Shown: piece by piece, positions 59,440-64,000 of the stretch | Numbering within the stretch: the first letter of the stretch is position 1 | How the letters are laid out: every line of letters begins with the position of its first letter | NCBI GenBank assembly: GCA_022605425.2 | Contig: JAKIMF020000013.1 | Location: forward strand, 496,001 to 560,000 | Length of the DNA stretch: 64,000 nt | DNA from: Hamiltosporidium tvaerminnensis FI-OER-3-3 | Taxonomy: Eukaryota; Fungi; Microsporidia | Reading direction: 5' to 3' | The notes under the pieces: model-generated | Seen by the model: the letters and a program-made list of their open reading frames with translations, nothing else | Database searches by the model: none | What the model was told of the DNA's origin: nothing | Program-made: the position numbers and the translations under genes

Positions 59440-61660
59440 CGTTTCTTGGAAGTAGAAAATGTCGTTCAGCTTAAGGTTGAAAGACAAGGTTTAATTTCAG
59501 ATAATCAGTTATGAGCGGTTAGAGGGATGTAAGAAGCGAAAAAACAGGCTCTCTGAATATTGCCTTAAATAAAGAGTATGTAAACAATCTTAAGATAACA
59601 TGAATTAATGTTAAAAAAGCTTACTATTCAATAGATCATGCTTATTTAACTCAATTTATCTGAAATAAATATTTATTTGGTTAGATCATGAGATTTATTG
59701 AGGTAATTATATCAAAATGAAAAATTGATATATCAGTAGGGCCTGAAAAAATCATGAGCAAGAAGATTCAGAGAGGGATTCTGCAGGGAGATAGTTTGTC
59801 ACCATTGTTTTTTGTGTTGTGTATGGATCCATTGAGCCGAAAGCTTAATGAAAAATACACAAAAGTTACATTACAAACAGATGCAGAATCTTATTTTACT
59901 AAACATCTCTTGTTTATTGATGATCTTAAGCTCCTTGAAAAAGATAGCCAAAAATTGGAAGATATGTCGGAGAAGGTTAAGAAGTTTGTGAATAATTTAG
60001 AATTCAAAATAAACAAAGAGAAGTCACCTACAAATGACCTTTGTTGTGGAGAATCCGCTACTCTTCTTAGAGGTGTTAGTGTTTACAAATATTTAGGAAT
60101 AATAGAAGATAGCAGAGGAATCCCAACACGTAGCTCATTTGAAGAAGTACAGAGCAAACTTATATCAAGAGTTGAAAGACTTTGTCACACTAGATTAAAC
60201 GCAAAAAATTTATTTTCTGCAATCAATCAACATGCGATATCGTTAATCAACTATCACATAGGAGTACTTCGATTGAACCGGCTGACTTCTCTATGTTAGA
60301 TGATGCGGTGCGTGCGGTTTTGGTGAAGAATAAGATACATCTCCGCCCAGGATGTAAGAGCGTTTGTATCTTCCTAGAACAGAACTTGGAAGAGGCCTAC
60401 ATAGTTTTTAGTTGCGAAGCGAACATATGCTTCTGAAACTTTGGATTGTCTGGAAAAAAGTAAAGAAATATCAACTAGACGAGCAGCAATCCTCAAGAAG
60501 GAGAAAAATAATAACCCCCATCTGGCACAAATAAAAGGCTTCTTAAAAGTAAAGTACAGGTTGGTAGAAGAAGTCAATAAGAAAAGTTTAAAAGAAGCTC
60601 AACTTGCAAAACTATATAACGAAATAGAAAAATGAAAACTCCATTCAAAGTTATATAATTCAAGGAAAAATGAGCTTGTGAGCGTTAGTGACTCTTCAAG
60701 ATGGTTAAAGAGAGGAAATACTAGGCCACGAAATGAAGATGTGTTCTGCTACATCCAGGCTAGAAATGTATTCTGGGGAGCAGATGGTGTGTGTCAACAT
60801 TGCGGGAAGTCTGGTAAGACTGTGGATCATCTAGCAACTAGATGTGAAAAAATTCTAGGCCATGATTACACTAGACGGCATAATGAAGAGGTTAGATGCC
60901 TACACTTACTTCTTCTAAATAGATATAAGTTTAAGTCTTCAAAACGAATAAGGAGCCACTCAGTTCAAGAAATTCTTGATAATGAGTATGCAGAGATAAG
61001 AGTGGACACCAGAATTAAAACTGATGTTAAAATTCGGAATAACAGACCCGACATATTTATTTTAGATAAGAAGAAGAATAAGATAACACTCATTGAAGTA
61101 GGAATCACTTCCCAAGATTCACTTCAAATAGTTGAAACTGAAAAACTTAAGAAGTATGACCTGCTAGCCAATGAGTTGGGTCTTATTTATAGGTGTAGTG
61201 TTGAGATAATCCCTTATGTGATGACCTGGGACGGTATTGTGACAAAATACCATAAATCTCATCTTAAAAGGCTAGAAATACCTCATAATTTAGAGGCATG
61301 TATTCAGTCGATAGAAACTGAGAAGACAGTCGAAACGATTTTTATCGAGCGACGAAGAGGTCTTGAGTCAGGACTAAATGCCGAAGAGAGCTGGGAAAGA
61401 GCGTCAATAGGTGTTATTATGAGAGCAGAGATGCATAAACACACTTATACTTCCTTTAAAACAAGTGAGTAGAGAGGATGATGGTGCAAAAAATAATACA
61501 CTTTTTATTTCAGAAGGAGGAATCACGTTAGATGAACCGACGATAAACATAAATGAAGAATCGGAGTTATAGGAAGAGAAAGACATTGTTGAAATGGTGG
61601 AAAGAATTATTTAAAAGAGAGAAAATTTGTTAACCTATATTTTAATTAAATAAAACTTTT
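59440..61660 (+). mobile_element. Non-LTR retrotransposon (RT + CCHC + REL endonuclease; R4/Dong-like architecture), 5'-truncated and disrupted
   Basis: GILQGDSLSP, HLLFIDDLKL, YKYLGI; CQHC..DHLATRC; RHN; RPDIFILD..E.GI..EK.KKYD; stops and frameshifts between the ORFs. Confidence 0.95.
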
Positions 61661-61934
61661 TTTGTATTTTACACAATGATTCGCTTATATTTAATAAGAT
61701 ATGTATTATATTTCTATTTATAAAGAAAATATAAGACTTAAAATAATAAACACCACTCAATTTATTTTTTTTTATTGGATATATTACATGTATTATGTTA
61801 AGAGAGTAATATTTAGTTATGAAGTTTATTTTAATTAAATTTTAATATGAGGTAAAATATAAAATTTAAATAAATTAATTACCATGTTTATATTTAAAAA
61901 CAGTATCATTTACTCAGAAAATTATATTTTGTTT

Positions 61935-62640
61935 GAAAATACCATCTTTTTTAAAAAAGGAGCATTTTTTATATTGTTTTGATGACATTAACGGTTTTCT
62001 AGGTTTAACATAAATAACTGCCCTCCAACTACATCATAGGTATTATCTAAACTACCAAAATTCTAAATATTTATATTCATAATGTGTGTGGAGCCTATTT
62101 AATAAGCGGAACAATGTCTTGGGGGTTCAATGTCCGTTATCTGGTGTGTGATTACAGTTATATATCCACCTTAGCTCCTTTATCAGAGACCAGCAGCAGT
62201 TCTACTTACTATAACCCTTCAGAACAAAATAAACTGCTCCTAAGATATTTCGTAGCAATCTATCAGAGTTCTAGTTAAGGTTTCAATATAATGCCAACTG
62301 CTATATCCTGCTTTTCTGCTTTAAAGGTTTTTAATTTTCTGTATCTCCACATATCAAGTCTTATAACCCGATTATGCAAGGTTACATTTCAATGCTTTTA
62401 CCTGGCAATTACCTACAAGTTAATTCTTGATTTCCAATCAAAGTACATAAAAAACCAAAAAATAAATTTTTGAAAAGGCCTCAATATTTCGTAGACCTTC
62501 TCTTTCTCCTGCAAACACTCATAGAACCACTGAAAATTTAGTTTGGTTTTTTTCACCAAAAATCCAAAAAATGATTCAATTACAGATTCAACCCAATACT
62601 TGGTAAACGGTTTATTTTTAATGAGGTTACATCTCTCAAT
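61935..62640 (-). mobile_element. Type-1 element, diverged copy H
   Basis: Reverse complement gives GAGAGATGTAACCTCATTAAAA head, TCATTTTTTGGATTTTTGGTG, GGTAATTGCCAGGTAAAAGCAT, AACGGACATT and GCAGTTATTTATGTTAAACCTAGAA..GTTAATGTCAT. Confidence 0.88.
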
Positions 62641-62766
62641 ATTAGTAGTATAAATATAAAAAGTTAAACAAATTTTAAAATAAAGCAATAATTATACAAA
62701 AGAAAAATTAATTATTTGGAAAATCGAGTGTAAAACTATGAGATGAAGTATTTATTAGAAAATATA

Positions 62767-63250
62767 TTATTATAATTAGTATTTTAAAAATTAGACTTAC
62801 AATTAGAATAAATAACAAAATAATATATTTTAAAATCCAAATAATTATAATTAGTATTTTAAAAATTAGACTTACAATTAGAATAAATAACAAAATAATA
62901 TATTTTAAAATCCAAATAATTATAATTAGTATTTTAAAAATTAGACTTACAATTAGAATAAATAACAAAATAATATATTTTAAAATCCAAATAATTATAA
63001 TTAGTATTTAAAAAATTAGACTTACAATTAGAATAAATAACAAAATAATATATTTTAAAATCCAAATAATTATAATTAGTATTTTAAAAATTAGACTTAC
63101 AATTAGAATAAATAACAAAATAATATATTTTAAAATCCAAATAATTATAATTAGTATTTTAAAAATTAGACTTACAATTAGAATAAATAACAAAATAATA
63201 TATTTTAAAATCCAAATAATTATAAATAATATTTGAAGAATTAGACTTAA
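62767..63250. repeat. 75-bp AT-rich tandem array, 6 near-perfect copies plus a partial one
   Basis: TTAGACTTA at 62791, 62866, 62941, 63016, 63091, 63166 and 63241. Confidence 0.96.
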
Positions 63251-63332
63251 ATTATAATTAAAATAAAAAATAATAAATATATTTTAATATCTAAATTAAA
63301 TAAATATTTAAAAATTATTTTTTTAATTAATC

Positions 63333-64000
63333 TCATACATCACAGTTAAAATTAATTTTTTTATCAAATATATCTCCAACCTTCTTAGAAACTTCCTTCC
63401 TAGGATCCTTACTTTTCATAACCAATATAACATTAATAATAATACACAATGGTCCTCCTATGGCAACAACATATCTAATTTTTAAATCAATAATCATCGT
63501 TAAAATACCAAAATATATAGAATAAGACATAATACTTGCATTAAAAGCAAATATACCGTATTTACCGATATATTCTGATGCCATTAGATAATAACTACAG
63601 AATGCAAAAATATATGAAAACACATTATTAAAATTTGATACATAAAAATTGCCTAACTCTTTTAAATTCCAAATCATTTCTTTATCCAATATTTTTGTCA
63701 TTACAGCTCCAAAAATAAAAGAAACGATTGTAAAATATCTTAGAACATTATAAACACCAATAGATGGAATAATTAGTGATTGTATTGTCCCATTGGCCAT
63801 GTAAAGTATATCAGATAATAATACTAAACACATTCCTATAAAATCAAATTTTAAATCAGATTCATCTGCTTTATAATTTACCACGAAACAAACACTTACA
63901 AATGCCATAAAAATCGATAACATTTTAAAATCAACTTTACTTTGTTTAAGTATAAAAGCATCTGTAAATACTGACATAGGATATACCATTTGTGCTATTA
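63333..64000 (-). CDS. 3' part of a multi-pass membrane transporter (DMT/SLC35F-like); runs off the right edge
   Basis: About 7 TM segments in 218 aa; FIGMCLVLLSDILY pattern; frame open to the window edge. Confidence 0.65.
   Translation of the reverse strand, partial: IAQMVYPMSVFTDAFILKQSKVDFKMLSIFMAFVSVCFVVNYKADESDLKFDFIGMCLVLLSDILYMANGTIQSLIIPSIGVYNVLRYFTIVSFIFGAVMTKILDKEMIWNLKELGNFYVSNFNNVFSYIFAFCSYYLMASEYIGKYGIFAFNASIMSYSIYFGILTMIIDLKIRYVVAIGGPLCIIINVILVMKSKDPRKEVSKKVGDIFDKKINFNCDV

Noticed and set aside
62708-63250. CRISPR-like array or repeat-protein ORFs
   Set aside because: Head-to-tail identical 75-bp units with no unique spacers and no cas genes, in a eukaryotic context; the ORFs arise because 75 is a multiple of 3.

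Overview
Very AT-rich, gene-sparse eukaryotic DNA with no introns detected. Reduced, divergent housekeeping genes, CCC motifs just upstream of ATGs and an expanded LRR-like secreted family point to a large-genome microsporidian (Hamiltosporidium-like; inference). Recognisable genes: EMG1/NEP1, a phosducin-like protein, tRNA-Lys(UUU), a frameshifted BAR-PH (SLM1-like) gene, a septin, RPN5, UTP15, eIF2-gamma, a signal-anchored USP, TIP/ITFG1, LCB2, TFB2 and a partial DMT-type transporter. Relics include three copies of an RT/REL-endonuclease non-LTR retrotransposon, a Merlin/IS1595-type transposase and an ABCG pseudogene. Two signals are not explained by these features. (1) A non-coding ~700-730 nt dispersed element occurs in at least 7 near-full-length copies, plus a sister family sharing its first ~110 nt. 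The element has dense nested base-pairing potential, cUUCGg and GCAA tetraloops, an AATAAA/A-tail end and, in one copy, a perfect 20-bp target-site duplication, so it is a candidate large structured mobile RNA. (2) About a dozen unrelated tandem duplications have periods of 68-80 bp and cluster at gene starts and stops. All alignments and folds were done by eye and boundaries of decayed elements are approximate.
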